Shown here piece by piece: positions 9,037-18,503 of a stretch of 64,000 nucleotides of DNA. This stretch comes from Pseudomonadota bacterium (GTDB lineage: Bacteria > Pseudomonadota > Gammaproteobacteria > UBA12402), in contig JBBTCW010000006.1 in the NCBI GenBank assembly GCA_038043025.1, forward strand, positions 26,710-90,709. Direction: 5' to 3'. The position numbers and the translations under genes were made by a program. Numbering within the stretch: the stretch's first letter is position 1; the number at the start of each line of letters is the position of its first letter. Below the pieces are notes generated by a model. The model saw nothing but the letters and a program-made list of their open reading frames with translations. It was not told where the DNA came from and did not search any database.

Positions 9037-10110
9037 ATGGCCAAGACAATAATTATTGCTGAAGCGGGTGTTAATCATAATGGATCGTTAGATTTGGCTT
9101 TTGAATTGATTGATCAAGCCGTGGCAGTTGGTGCTGATATCGTCAAATTTCAAGCCTTTAATTCTTCTCAGATTGTTACTCAATCTTTATCTAAGGCATC
9201 TTATCAAAAAGTAAATACAGGTGGACAAGATTCGCAGTTGGCCATGTTGAAAAAATTGGAATTAAGTCGCGCGGATCATGAGCGGCTCATCGAGCATTGT
9301 CAAAAAAAATCCATTAAATATTTATCATCAGTTTTTGATCTGCAAAGTTTGAATGATTTGGTTAATTATTTTGGCATTACCGAGGTCAAACTGGGTTCTG
9401 GTGAGATAACGAATGGTCCTTTATTACTAAAAATAGCGCAATTGCAATGTGATGTTATCTTATCAACGGGCATGTGTGATTTGGTAGATATTCAGCGGGC
9501 ATTAAGTATTTTGGCTTTTGGGTATTTGGATAGAAGCGAATATCCAACCAGAGCGACTTTTGAAGCGGCTTTTAATTCCGTAGAGGCACAGAAAATTTTA
9601 AAAGAGAAGGTTGTTTTATTGCATTGCACAACAGCCTATCCTGCGCCCATAAACGATATTAATCTGTATGCGATGGATACTATGCGCAATACTTTTTTGT
9701 TGCCGGTAGGCTATTCAGATCATTCATTGGGGATTAATATAGCTATTGCTGCAGTTGCGCGTGGTGCGATTATGCTTGAAAAACATTTTACGCTAGATAA
9801 AAATTTACCCGGACCCGATCATAAAGCATCGCTTGATCCTCGAGAGTTTGCTCGAATGGTGACGGCTATCAGAGAAGTGGAGGTCGCGTTGGGTAATGCA
9901 GAAAAAAAAGTTACCCCGTCAGAGCTTGATCATTTTGATATTGTGCGCAAGCATTTGGTTGCGGCTCAAACGATCAAGAAAGGTGAAAAATTCACCGAGC
10001 GCAATATTGCAGTTAAGCGTTCGCAAGGGAAAATATCTCCAATATATTTCTGGGAGATTCTGGGAGAGACCGCCGACAAAGATTATGTCATTGATGATGT
10101 TATATCATGA
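9037..10110 (+). CDS. N-acylneuraminate (nonulosonic acid) synthase, NeuB/LegI-like
   Basis: IIIAEAGVNHNGSLDLAFELID is the NeuB-type PEP-condensing TIM-barrel N-terminus. A C-terminal SAF-like domain is present. Start taken at the second ATG, which has a GGGGG RBS; the ORF could start at 9013. Confidence 0.75.
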   Translation: MAKTIIIAEAGVNHNGSLDLAFELIDQAVAVGADIVKFQAFNSSQIVTQSLSKASYQKVNTGGQDSQLAMLKKLELSRADHERLIEHCQKKSIKYLSSVFDLQSLNDLVNYFGITEVKLGSGEITNGPLLLKIAQLQCDVILSTGMCDLVDIQRALSILAFGYLDRSEYPTRATFEAAFNSVEAQKILKEKVVLLHCTTAYPAPINDINLYAMDTMRNTFLLPVGYSDHSLGINIAIAAVARGAIMLEKHFTLDKNLPGPDHKASLDPREFARMVTAIREVEVALGNAEKKVTPSELDHFDIVRKHLVAAQTIKKGEKFTERNIAVKRSQGKISPIYFWEILGETADKDYVIDDVIS

Positions 10111-10935
10111 GTTTTTTGTAAATACTCTAAAGAGTAAGGGTGAATAGTTTCCAATAGCTGGCGGGAATGCCGCATCGAGAAATTTCACAAATTCAGTGTT
10201 TCTGATAGGCGCATTTTCTGGTCGTAGAGATTCATGCAATACTCTTGCCGTAAAATAGTGGGTGGATAAATAATTTTGAGGTATTGAAGTATTTATTTCG
10301 GTAAACCCTGTATTTTTCATTTCATCTATAATAGATTCGCTTAAATAATTATTATGATATGCTGGTTTCATTTCCGTTAGGCATAGTTCTTGCTGTGCTT
10401 TATTTAAGTTGACCAAGGGTTCGATAAAGGATTCTATCATGATGAAGATGCCATCTGTGTTCAAAATAGTATATATTTTTTCAATTGCCGTTATTTGATC
10501 TTCCTTAGAGAGTAGATTGATTAAGACTCTTTCGGAAATCACTATATCAAAAGAATTTGGCTTGAAGTTATCTTTCCTGCAGTCGTCTTGAATGAGTTGA
10601 ACATTTTTTAATGTTCTTTCGCTGGCTAATTTATATAATTCTTTATTGAATTCTAATCCATGAAATTTGAAGTCAGGATATCTTGCGGATAATTGCGACA
10701 AGAGATAGCCATTTCCACAACCCACATCTAATATGGTTAGATTTTTATCTTGTTTTTTATACGTCTTGTCTATTGTGTTAAAAATAAATTCAATTTCTTT
10801 ATCTCGTATAAAAATATCATGCATAGTGGATTCTTTTGAGCTGCCCTTGTTGGTTGCTTCTTTGTTATAATGTGTTTGAATAACATCATGAGGGTTCATA
10901 ATATTCCTTTTGATAAGAGTTTGATGAAAGGACAA
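10105..10935 (-). CDS. Class I SAM-dependent methyltransferase
   Basis: ILDVGCGNGYLLSQL glycine-rich motif I. 276 aa on the minus strand. Confidence 0.6.
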   Translation of the reverse strand: MSFHQTLIKRNIMNPHDVIQTHYNKEATNKGSSKESTMHDIFIRDKEIEFIFNTIDKTYKKQDKNLTILDVGCGNGYLLSQLSARYPDFKFHGLEFNKELYKLASERTLKNVQLIQDDCRKDNFKPNSFDIVISERVLINLLSKEDQITAIEKIYTILNTDGIFIMIESFIEPLVNLNKAQQELCLTEMKPAYHNNYLSESIIDEMKNTGFTEINTSIPQNYLSTHYFTARVLHESLRPENAPIRNTEFVKFLDAAFPPAIGNYSPLLFRVFTKNS

Positions 10936-11059
10936 GATTATTCAGATTATTGTAGCGATTGATATTGCTAATACAAGAAAAATATAGGGCGTTAAGGAGG
11001 GTAAGGGCCGCATTTGTTCATATTTTGAACACGTTATTATTAGTTGTTGCAAATGCTTT

Positions 11060-12190
11060 ATGGTAATATACATCCTCAAATCGGTTGCCATTGCTGGTAG
11101 CGGAGATGGGTCGATTAATATTCTTGTGAGGTTGTTTGTGTACGATGTAGAATGGAAAAAACTTTTAGTTAATCCAGATTGTACATTAGAAAACGCCATT
11201 CGCGTGATTAATCAGGGTGCTTTGGGCACCGTGTTTGTTGTCGATCATGATTTAAAATTATTGGGTGTAGTGACGGATGGCGATGTGCGTCGTGGTTTAT
11301 TGCGACATGTTACGCTGGATCAGCCTGTTTTTTCCGTGATGAATGATCAGCCGAGGATGGCCATGCGCAATATAGATGTTGCCGAATTGATTACCATGAT
11401 GGAAGAACAGTCGATACGTTGTGTGCCGATTGTGGATGAAAATCAATGCATGATTGACGTAGAAATTTCACCGTATTTGCGTCGCGAGGCTAAAAATACG
11501 AATTGGGTGTTTTTAATGGCCGGTGGTTTTGGCACGCGATTAAAGCCATTAACCGACGATTGCCCGAAGCCATTATTGAAAATTGGCGGGCGTCCCGTTT
11601 TAGAAAATATTATTCAACAGTTTAAATTGAATGGGTTTCAGAAATTTTTTATGTCCGTTCATTATAAATTGAATATGGTGAAAAGTTATTTTGGTACGGG
11701 GGAACAGTTTGGCGTTGATATTAAATATCTTGAGGAAGAGGAGCCGTTGGGGACGGGTGGATCATTGGGCTTGTTACCCGAAATATCCCAGCCTTTAATC
11801 GTGATGAATGCCGATGTGTTAACGAAGGTGAATTTTCGTCAATTATTACAGTTTCATCTGGATTCAAAAGCTGCAGTGACGATGTGTGTGCGTGAATATG
11901 GTATGCAGGTGCCTTATGGTACCGTTCAGATCGATGGGCATGTTGTCACAGAAATTATTGAAAAACCCTCGTATCAATTTTTTATTAATGCGGGTATTTA
12001 TGTGTTATCGCCGGATGTCGTTAATGGGATTCAGGGAAAAAATAATTTTGATATGCCAACATTATTTAATCGGTTGATTCAAGAAGGCAAGACCGTAGTG
12101 ACCTTTCCCATACATGAATATTGGTTGGATATGGGCAAGATGGAAGATTTTAAACGTGCGCAAATAGATATTTCACCCTTTGTATCATGA
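11060..12190 (+). CDS. CBS-domain-containing sugar-phosphate nucleotidyltransferase (PtmE-like)
   Basis: N-terminal CBS-pair-like region, then an NTP-transferase domain (MAGGFGTRLKPLT, GxGxRL). This architecture is known from legionaminic acid pathways. Exact start uncertain. Confidence 0.6.
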   Translation: MVIYILKSVAIAGSGDGSINILVRLFVYDVEWKKLLVNPDCTLENAIRVINQGALGTVFVVDHDLKLLGVVTDGDVRRGLLRHVTLDQPVFSVMNDQPRMAMRNIDVAELITMMEEQSIRCVPIVDENQCMIDVEISPYLRREAKNTNWVFLMAGGFGTRLKPLTDDCPKPLLKIGGRPVLENIIQQFKLNGFQKFFMSVHYKLNMVKSYFGTGEQFGVDIKYLEEEEPLGTGGSLGLLPEISQPLIVMNADVLTKVNFRQLLQFHLDSKAAVTMCVREYGMQVPYGTVQIDGHVVTEIIEKPSYQFFINAGIYVLSPDVVNGIQGKNNFDMPTLFNRLIQEGKTVVTFPIHEYWLDMGKMEDFKRAQIDISPFVS

Positions 12191-13197
12191 TAGAAACCAT
12201 ACACAAACCCGTCATATTAGTTGTCGGTCTGGGCAGTATCGGCAAGCGGCATGTGAAAAATCTTCGTGCACTTTTTCCTGATGCGTATATGGTTGTGTGT
12301 CGACATGCGCCGACGGAGCATGATCAAGATTTTGTGACGCAATATATTGATAAAGTTGTGTATGATCTGAATGAAGCGATTGCGTTAAAACCGATGGCAG
12401 CTATTTTGTGCAATCCGGCGGTTTATCATGTTTCGATTGCACTGCAATTGGCAAAAAATGACATTCATCTGTTTATTGAAAAGCCGTTGTCGAATACGTT
12501 AACAGATGTGGAAGCTCTCATTACTCTATGTCGTCAGAAAAAATTAGTGTTCATGGTGGGTTATAATCTTCGCTTTTCAAAGACATTAGATCGCGCGAGG
12601 GAACTCATAAAGCGCGGAGCAATCGGTGATATCCTGTCTGCGCAGGTCAATACAGGGCAATATTTACCGGATTGGAGGCCGGGTGCTGATTATCGAAAAA
12701 CCGTGTCAGCGCAACAGAAAATGGGCGGCGGTGTTTTGTTAGAACTCAGTCATGAGTTAGATTATATGTGTTGGTTATTGGGCAAGCCTGTCGAGGTTTT
12801 TGCGCGATTGACCTCGAGTGGTTCATTGGAGATTGATGTAGAAGATAATGCGGATGTCTTTTTAACGTTTCAAAAGAATTTAATGGTGAGTATTCATCTT
12901 GATATGTTACAGCGTACCGCTTGTCGCCAGTGTAAGGTTGTGGGTGCGTTGGGTACAATAATTTGGGATGGTGTTGAAGATAAACTCATTGTTCAGTCTG
13001 AAAAACAAGAATTTTCGCAGAGTTTTTGCGGGGCAGAGGATAAAAATGAAATGTATAAACGAGAAATAAAACATTTTTTTGATTCTATTCGTAAAGGATC
13101 TCCTGCTATGGTTACAGGGGTTGATGCGTTGGAGAGTTTAAAGATTGTGTTGGCTGCAAGAAAATCAAATCAAACACGAGAAATTGTGCCATTATGA
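12187..13197 (+). CDS. Gfo/Idh/MocA-family NAD(P)-dependent oxidoreductase
   Basis: ILVVGLGSIGKRH Rossmann N-terminus; EKPL motif. Confidence 0.6.
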   Translation: MIETIHKPVILVVGLGSIGKRHVKNLRALFPDAYMVVCRHAPTEHDQDFVTQYIDKVVYDLNEAIALKPMAAILCNPAVYHVSIALQLAKNDIHLFIEKPLSNTLTDVEALITLCRQKKLVFMVGYNLRFSKTLDRARELIKRGAIGDILSAQVNTGQYLPDWRPGADYRKTVSAQQKMGGGVLLELSHELDYMCWLLGKPVEVFARLTSSGSLEIDVEDNADVFLTFQKNLMVSIHLDMLQRTACRQCKVVGALGTIIWDGVEDKLIVQSEKQEFSQSFCGAEDKNEMYKREIKHFFDSIRKGSPAMVTGVDALESLKIVLAARKSNQTREIVPL

Positions 13198-13895
13198 AAG
13201 CGTTGAATTGTTTTGCATTTATTTTTGCGCGAGGAGGCTCGAAAGGCATTCCGCGAAAAAATATTACATTGTTAAATGGCAAACCATTGATTGCATATTC
13301 GATCGAAACCGCGTTAGCCTGTCCATCGATTAGTCGTGTCATAGTGTCGACCGATGACGAGGAGATTGCATTGGTTGCTAGGCAGTATGGCGCAGAAGTG
13401 CCTTTTATGAGACCAAAAGAATTGGCGCAAGATAATAGTTCAGAGTGGCAAGCGTGGCAACATGCGATTCGGTTTATGCAGAAATGCGATGCATTTGATG
13501 TGTTTGTGAGCTTGCCTGCAACGGCGCCTTTGCGAAATGTAGAGGATGTGGAAAAATGTATTAACCTTTTATCACATGCAGATACCGATATTGTCGTGAC
13601 CGTTAAGCCAGCAGAGCGTAATCCCTATTTTAATATGGTGAAGGTTGATCGTGATGGTTTTTCGCATTTGGTTTGCAAAGGAGATGATGTCGTTTATAAT
13701 CGTCAAGTGGCGCCGATGCTTTACGATATGACGACGGTGGCTTATGTGGCAAAGCCGGATTTTATATTGAACGCGACCAGTATATTTGAAGGGCGTGTTC
13801 GTTCGGTCGTTGTTCCCGCCGAAAGAGCCATTGATATTGATACGCCATTTGATTTAAAAATAGCAGACATGTTAATGAAGGAGTCTGTGCAATGA
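13194..13895 (+). CDS. Acylneuraminate cytidylyltransferase (CMP-nonulosonic acid synthetase, NeuA/LegF-like)
   Basis: IFARGGSKGIPRKNI is typical of CMP-NeuAc/CMP-Kdo synthetase-type cytidylyltransferases. 233 aa. Confidence 0.7.
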   Translation: MKALNCFAFIFARGGSKGIPRKNITLLNGKPLIAYSIETALACPSISRVIVSTDDEEIALVARQYGAEVPFMRPKELAQDNSSEWQAWQHAIRFMQKCDAFDVFVSLPATAPLRNVEDVEKCINLLSHADTDIVVTVKPAERNPYFNMVKVDRDGFSHLVCKGDDVVYNRQVAPMLYDMTTVAYVAKPDFILNATSIFEGRVRSVVVPAERAIDIDTPFDLKIADMLMKESVQ

Positions 13896-14689
13896 CGATA
13901 CATGAACAGATGAGTTTAGCCGGTCGTGTGGCATTGATTACGGGTGGTGCGGGACATGTTGGGCGCATGGCCGCCGACATATTAGCAGAGCTAGGTTCAC
14001 ATATTGTTATATTGGATAATGATCGAAAGGCGGCAGAAACGGTTGCGCAAGCCATTCAAGAAAAATATGCTGTGCAAAGCATTCCTATTGTAGTGGATTT
14101 AGAAGAAGATAATTTTGTTTTAAACGTGATGCCGGTGATTCAAAAAAAATTCGGACGTTTAGATATTTTAATTAATAATGCGGCGTTTACGGGCGTTTCT
14201 GGTTTAAAAGGTTGGGCAGTTGGTTTTAAGGAACAGCATGTGGATACTTGGCGTCGTGCATTGGAAGTGAATTTAACAGCGCCATTTGCATTGATCCAGT
14301 CTTGTGTTGATTTGTTAAAAGCGAGCAAAGGTGTTGTCATTAATATGGGTTCAATTTATGGAGTGTTAGGCCCTGATATGAATTTGTATCAAGGAACGAG
14401 CATGGGCAACCCTGCCGCTTATGCAGCCAGCAAAGGTGGATTGCTTCAGTTGACGCATTGGTTAGCCACTGTTTTAGCGCCCGATATTCGTGTTAATATG
14501 ATTTCGCCGGGTGGGATTTTTCGCCATCAGCCGAAAGATTTTTGTGAGCGTTATATCCAAAAGACGCCTTTAAAAAGAATGGCGACGGAAGAAGATTTAA
14601 AAGGAGCCATTGCTTATTTTGCAACGGATTTATCGCTGTATGTGACGGGACAAAATTTATTGGTGGATGGTGGTTGGACAGCTTGGTAA
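13892..14689 (+). CDS. Short-chain dehydrogenase/reductase (SDR)
   Basis: ITGGAGHVGR Rossmann motif, NNAA motif and YAASK catalytic YxxxK. Confidence 0.65.
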   Translation: MTIHEQMSLAGRVALITGGAGHVGRMAADILAELGSHIVILDNDRKAAETVAQAIQEKYAVQSIPIVVDLEEDNFVLNVMPVIQKKFGRLDILINNAAFTGVSGLKGWAVGFKEQHVDTWRRALEVNLTAPFALIQSCVDLLKASKGVVINMGSIYGVLGPDMNLYQGTSMGNPAAYAASKGGLLQLTHWLATVLAPDIRVNMISPGGIFRHQPKDFCERYIQKTPLKRMATEEDLKGAIAYFATDLSLYVTGQNLLVDGGWTAW

Positions 14690-14710
14690 TTATTTATAGA
14701 GCAAGAAAAA

Positions 14711-15898
14711 ATGTTTAATAAAGTTATTTTTTTGGTGTATTCCTATCATCACTCAATCGAGCATGAGCGCTTTGGTGTTTATGAGTTTGAAAAAAATAAT
14801 TTTTCAGTAGAGATTTGGATTTTGGCAAAAATTTTTTTGCCCGATAGGGAAACAAAATATTTATATGAAGAAAATGCCAATACTCAGAATATTAAAGTTT
14901 TTCATAACAAGGCTGAGTACAAAAATGCAATGAGATATTTGGATAAAAAGACTATCGTCATCAGTTATATTCCCTATGCGATCTCTTGTTATTTTATTTA
15001 TAGAGCCTTAACCAAATACCGCGTTACCTACATGTTGAACTCATGTTGTCATGTGCCTTCGTCAGAGGGGAGCCGACAGGTTTATGATAGTTGGTGGCAT
15101 TTTATATCTGCTAAGCTACAAGGTAAATTTTTTTTACGTTGCATGGAATGGGTGTTTCGTAAAATGCCAGGATATTTAATTGGAATTCGGCCGGCCAATG
15201 CCGCCTTGTTGGGAGGAATAAAAACATGGGGTGTGCATCGACCCGTCGGTCATCGCACGTTGCGATGGTATTTGCATGAAGATGATTATGAACGATTTTT
15301 AAAAGAAAATAAAACGCCATGCCAAGTAGATGAATCACTGTGTGTTTTTTTAGATTCGTATATTCCCTATCATCCGGATATGTCGTTTATGGGAGCGAGC
15401 GGGTCTATTGATCCCCAAAAATATTATCGTAAATTATGCTGTTTTTTCGATTATTTAGAACAAACTTATCATTATCATGTGGTCATTGCAGCGCATCCGC
15501 GCTCCAGATATCATGAGCATCCTGATTGTTTTGGTGGACGGGAAGTCATAAAAGGAAAAACAGTTTCATTGGTGAGAGCAAGCGGATTAGTCTTGGGTGA
15601 TGCAAGTGCATCAACAAGTTTTGCTGTCCTTTATAAAAAACCCATTATTTTTTTAATGATGGACATGTTAAAGCCCCACAAAATATATGAAAATTCTAAA
15701 AAATTTGCGGTCGCATTAGGCACGGAAATATTAAACTTGGATAATGATTTTAGTCATTTTGATTTAACGTCGAAGCTGCACATTAATCGAAATGCCTATA
15801 AAAATTATTTGGAAAATTATATTAAGGTTTCGGGTTCACCGGATACTTTATTTTGGGAATCTGTGCTAGACAAGCTCCATGCAGGCGCTTTGGGTTAG
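14711..15898 (+). CDS. Hypothetical protein, possible GT-B-fold glycosyl/nonulosonate transferase
   Basis: 395-aa ORF directly after the CMP-NulO module. C-terminal region (HVVIAAHPRS...LGDASASTSFAVLYKKPIIF) looks like a GT-B nucleotide-binding domain. No firm family call. Confidence 0.3.
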   Translation: MFNKVIFLVYSYHHSIEHERFGVYEFEKNNFSVEIWILAKIFLPDRETKYLYEENANTQNIKVFHNKAEYKNAMRYLDKKTIVISYIPYAISCYFIYRALTKYRVTYMLNSCCHVPSSEGSRQVYDSWWHFISAKLQGKFFLRCMEWVFRKMPGYLIGIRPANAALLGGIKTWGVHRPVGHRTLRWYLHEDDYERFLKENKTPCQVDESLCVFLDSYIPYHPDMSFMGASGSIDPQKYYRKLCCFFDYLEQTYHYHVVIAAHPRSRYHEHPDCFGGREVIKGKTVSLVRASGLVLGDASASTSFAVLYKKPIIFLMMDMLKPHKIYENSKKFAVALGTEILNLDNDFSHFDLTSKLHINRNAYKNYLENYIKVSGSPDTLFWESVLDKLHAGALG

Positions 15899-15919
15899 CG
15901 ACTATAATTATTTGGATGA

Positions 15920-16663
15920 CTATAGATCTGATATTTTCCACACGCCAATTTTTTTATCGGGACGAGAACAATATTTTGGGTCGATATCTTCATTAATATA
16001 TTGTAGCGGCGGGGGAAAACAAAAAGGGGGCTGTAAAAAATTTATCGTATGATGTGATCCAGTAATAATGTCGGTATTTTTTTTTAATTGACTAAACGTA
16101 GATGTGGCGAGATAGGTAGAGCCGCTTTTTTTAATATTGGCCAGACTTTTATAAATATCTTGAAATGAGAAGTGAATAAAAATATCTCGGCAAAAAATTA
16201 AATCGACTTTAGGAAGATTATCAGACAAAATATCGATAACTTGAAATTGTCTTTTTGTGTTTTCATATAACTTTTTATTGGTTTCTATTAATTCTTCTAC
16301 GATATCTGCTCCGATGTAATGATCCAAATTTAAAGGCATCTCATTCATCCAGAGAAAATCACCGCAGGGGATATCCAGCATAGTTTTTATGTTTAATTTT
16401 TTTAGCAATAAGAGCAATTCTGATCGCAGTGTTTTTGTTCTGTTGATGGTTGAGCTGGCGCCCGATATCGATTCACTATCCCCCCATCTATTTTTTTTAT
16501 AATAGGTAGTAAAAATTTGTTTAACGGAGTGATTTTTTAGGGTTGTTTTTAGCTGACGCTCATGCGATAGCTCTGTATAAAAATGTTTGGGGTGCCGCAC
16601 GGTATATAAAAAATGATAGAGCAGAGGAAGTCGATATTTTAGAAATAATCCTGCTTTGCTCAT
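15920..16663 (-). CDS. Class I SAM-dependent methyltransferase
   Basis: MLDIPCGDFLWMNE motif I. Start placed at MSKAGLF. The longer ORF to 16816 runs into a GC-rich palindromic intergenic element and gives an artefactual Arg/Pro-rich extension. Confidence 0.55.
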   Translation of the reverse strand: MSKAGLFLKYRLPLLYHFLYTVRHPKHFYTELSHERQLKTTLKNHSVKQIFTTYYKKNRWGDSESISGASSTINRTKTLRSELLLLLKKLNIKTMLDIPCGDFLWMNEMPLNLDHYIGADIVEELIETNKKLYENTKRQFQVIDILSDNLPKVDLIFCRDIFIHFSFQDIYKSLANIKKSGSTYLATSTFSQLKKNTDIITGSHHTINFLQPPFCFPPPLQYINEDIDPKYCSRPDKKIGVWKISDL

Positions 16664-16709
16664 TATTAAAAATCTCTCAATCAATGGGGTTAGTAAAATG
16701 TGAATATTT

Positions 16710-16880
16710 CCCCGCGGCTTGCCGCGAGGGACATTGCGCCTGGGGATTCTCAAGGGGAGCGGGCGTTCGCTCCCCTTGAGTCGCCGTCCGCGCGGGTTTC
16801 CCGCGCAGGCGATCAATAAAAGAAATAAAAATACCCCGTCCGCTTGCGGCGGGGATTTTTATTAAAAATTTCCGCCGCAA
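16710..16880. repeat. GC-rich cluster of 4 hairpin-forming palindromes
   Basis: Visible inverted repeats: CGCGGcttgCCGCG; a perfect 13-bp stem CTCAAGGGGAGCG-6 nt-CGCTCCCCTTGAG (16749-16780); CCGCGCGGGtttCCCGCGCaGG (16788-16809); CCCCGTCCGCttgCGGCGGGG followed by ATTTTTA (16834-16861). Sits in an AT-rich divergent intergenic region. Confidence 0.6.
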
Positions 16881-17132
16881 ATTGCTTCACATTATATGCT
16901 GTTATTGGTTGCGCAAAAAGAAGTTTTTTGGAAAAGATGGTTAGGGATGCTTTGGTTATCGAGTCGGGCAAATTTTGCCCATTCGCTGATTTTCAAAAAA
17001 TATTGATATTGAAGGCGAAAACCATTTATTTCATCCTGGTTATCATGGATTTTTGTTGGAATCAGTTTATAATTTGGCGATATTTTAAAGAAGATTGATA
17101 AATGTTGGCAGAAATATCGAGGCAGTTTTTTT

Positions 17133-18476
17133 ATGATATCCCCTATCATGCATAAAAAAAAACGTCTGCTCTATTATACGGGTCATTGTGAAATTGTGGG
17201 TGGCGATGTTAAATATCTATTTGAGTTATTGCAACATCTGGATAGCCATCAATTTGATATCACGATTTATGCGGATAAAAACAAAGAGTTTTCCAGAAAA
17301 ATTGCCATTGACTTTCCTGAGTTTGTGTCACAAGTGAAATACTTAGAGACAGCGCCAACATTGTTTCATCAGAACTTTTTGGAGCGCTATTATATTTATT
17401 TATCTCAAAAACAAAATAGTTTTTTGTTTAAAGTGCTTAATTGGAAGGTAAAAGGAAAAAGTTTGTTCCAAGCCGTCAATTTTTTATATACGTGTGCTTC
17501 TTTTAAATATTTAAGAGATCACGTTAGAAACTTTTTTGTGTTTTATCAACTTTTTTCAAACAAATGTAAAGACGTTGATATTGTTCATTTTAATAATGGA
17601 GGCTATCCGGGTAAGCTGGCGGGAGGGATGGCTATTGTTGTGGCACATTTTTTCGGCATTAAAAAGATCATCATGACCGTGCATAATGAACCGGTTGAAC
17701 GTCGATGGTATAGGGTTTCTGATTTTCTGTTGGATTATGGTGTTGCAAAATATTGTGATGATCTGTTAGTGCCTTCTGCTATTATTAAACAACAGTTGAT
17801 TGATTTGCGTGGGTTGCCATCGGATAAAATTCATGTCATTCAGTGTGGATTAAAAGATGAACCATTATATTCCGATCAAATGATTTATTTAAAGCGTCAG
17901 GCGCTGGGATTGATCCCAGAGCATTTGGTGCTGCTTATCGCGGGCAATTATGAAGATCCTCGAAAAGGTCATCATCTACTCTTATTGGCCTTAGCTGAAA
18001 ATATTACAAACTTTCCTACTTTAAAATTATTGATCGTTGGGGATGGATCTTTACAAAGAAAACAGGTATTGGATGATTTAGTTGATCGTTTGGGATTGGA
18101 TGATTATGTGGAGTTTTTGGGTTATCGCACGGATATGCATGCATTAAATTCGATTGCAGATGTCGTTGTCGTGCCGTCTATACAAGGGGAGGCAACACCC
18201 TATACAATCAAAGAAGCCGCGCGAGCGGGACGCCCCGTGATTACCTCAACGGCGGGCGGATGCGCGGAAGCTGTCGAACATAATGTATCCGGCTTGCTTG
18301 TGCCAGCGGGCGATATGAAAGCATTGTCGAGAGCATTAACTGTTTTATTGAAAGATGCGCGTTTGCGAAAAAAAATGGGCGAGCAGGCGAAATCATTATT
18401 TTTAGAGCGTTTTTTATTGCAAGATCGAGTAGAAGATGTTATTCAGTTGTACGCTGAACAAGTGGATGATACATGA
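17133..18476 (+). CDS. Glycosyltransferase family 4 (GT-B, group 1)
   Basis: C-terminal EX7E-type region PSIQGEATPYTIKEAARAGRPVITSTAGGCAEAVEHNVSGLLV. Confidence 0.7.
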   Translation: MISPIMHKKKRLLYYTGHCEIVGGDVKYLFELLQHLDSHQFDITIYADKNKEFSRKIAIDFPEFVSQVKYLETAPTLFHQNFLERYYIYLSQKQNSFLFKVLNWKVKGKSLFQAVNFLYTCASFKYLRDHVRNFFVFYQLFSNKCKDVDIVHFNNGGYPGKLAGGMAIVVAHFFGIKKIIMTVHNEPVERRWYRVSDFLLDYGVAKYCDDLLVPSAIIKQQLIDLRGLPSDKIHVIQCGLKDEPLYSDQMIYLKRQALGLIPEHLVLLIAGNYEDPRKGHHLLLLALAENITNFPTLKLLIVGDGSLQRKQVLDDLVDRLGLDDYVEFLGYRTDMHALNSIADVVVVPSIQGEATPYTIKEAARAGRPVITSTAGGCAEAVEHNVSGLLVPAGDMKALSRALTVLLKDARLRKKMGEQAKSLFLERFLLQDRVEDVIQLYAEQVDDT

Positions 18477-18503
18477 ATTATGTGAAAAAGGGGCTTGTTT
18501 TAT

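Noticed and set aside
16543-16880. ORFs 16543-16779 (+) and 16677-16880 (-), and the N-terminal 51 codons of ORF 15920-16816.
   Set aside because: They are translated through the GC-rich palindromic element and yield Arg/Pro/Gly-rich peptides. The methyltransferase gene most plausibly starts at the internal ATG (16663).
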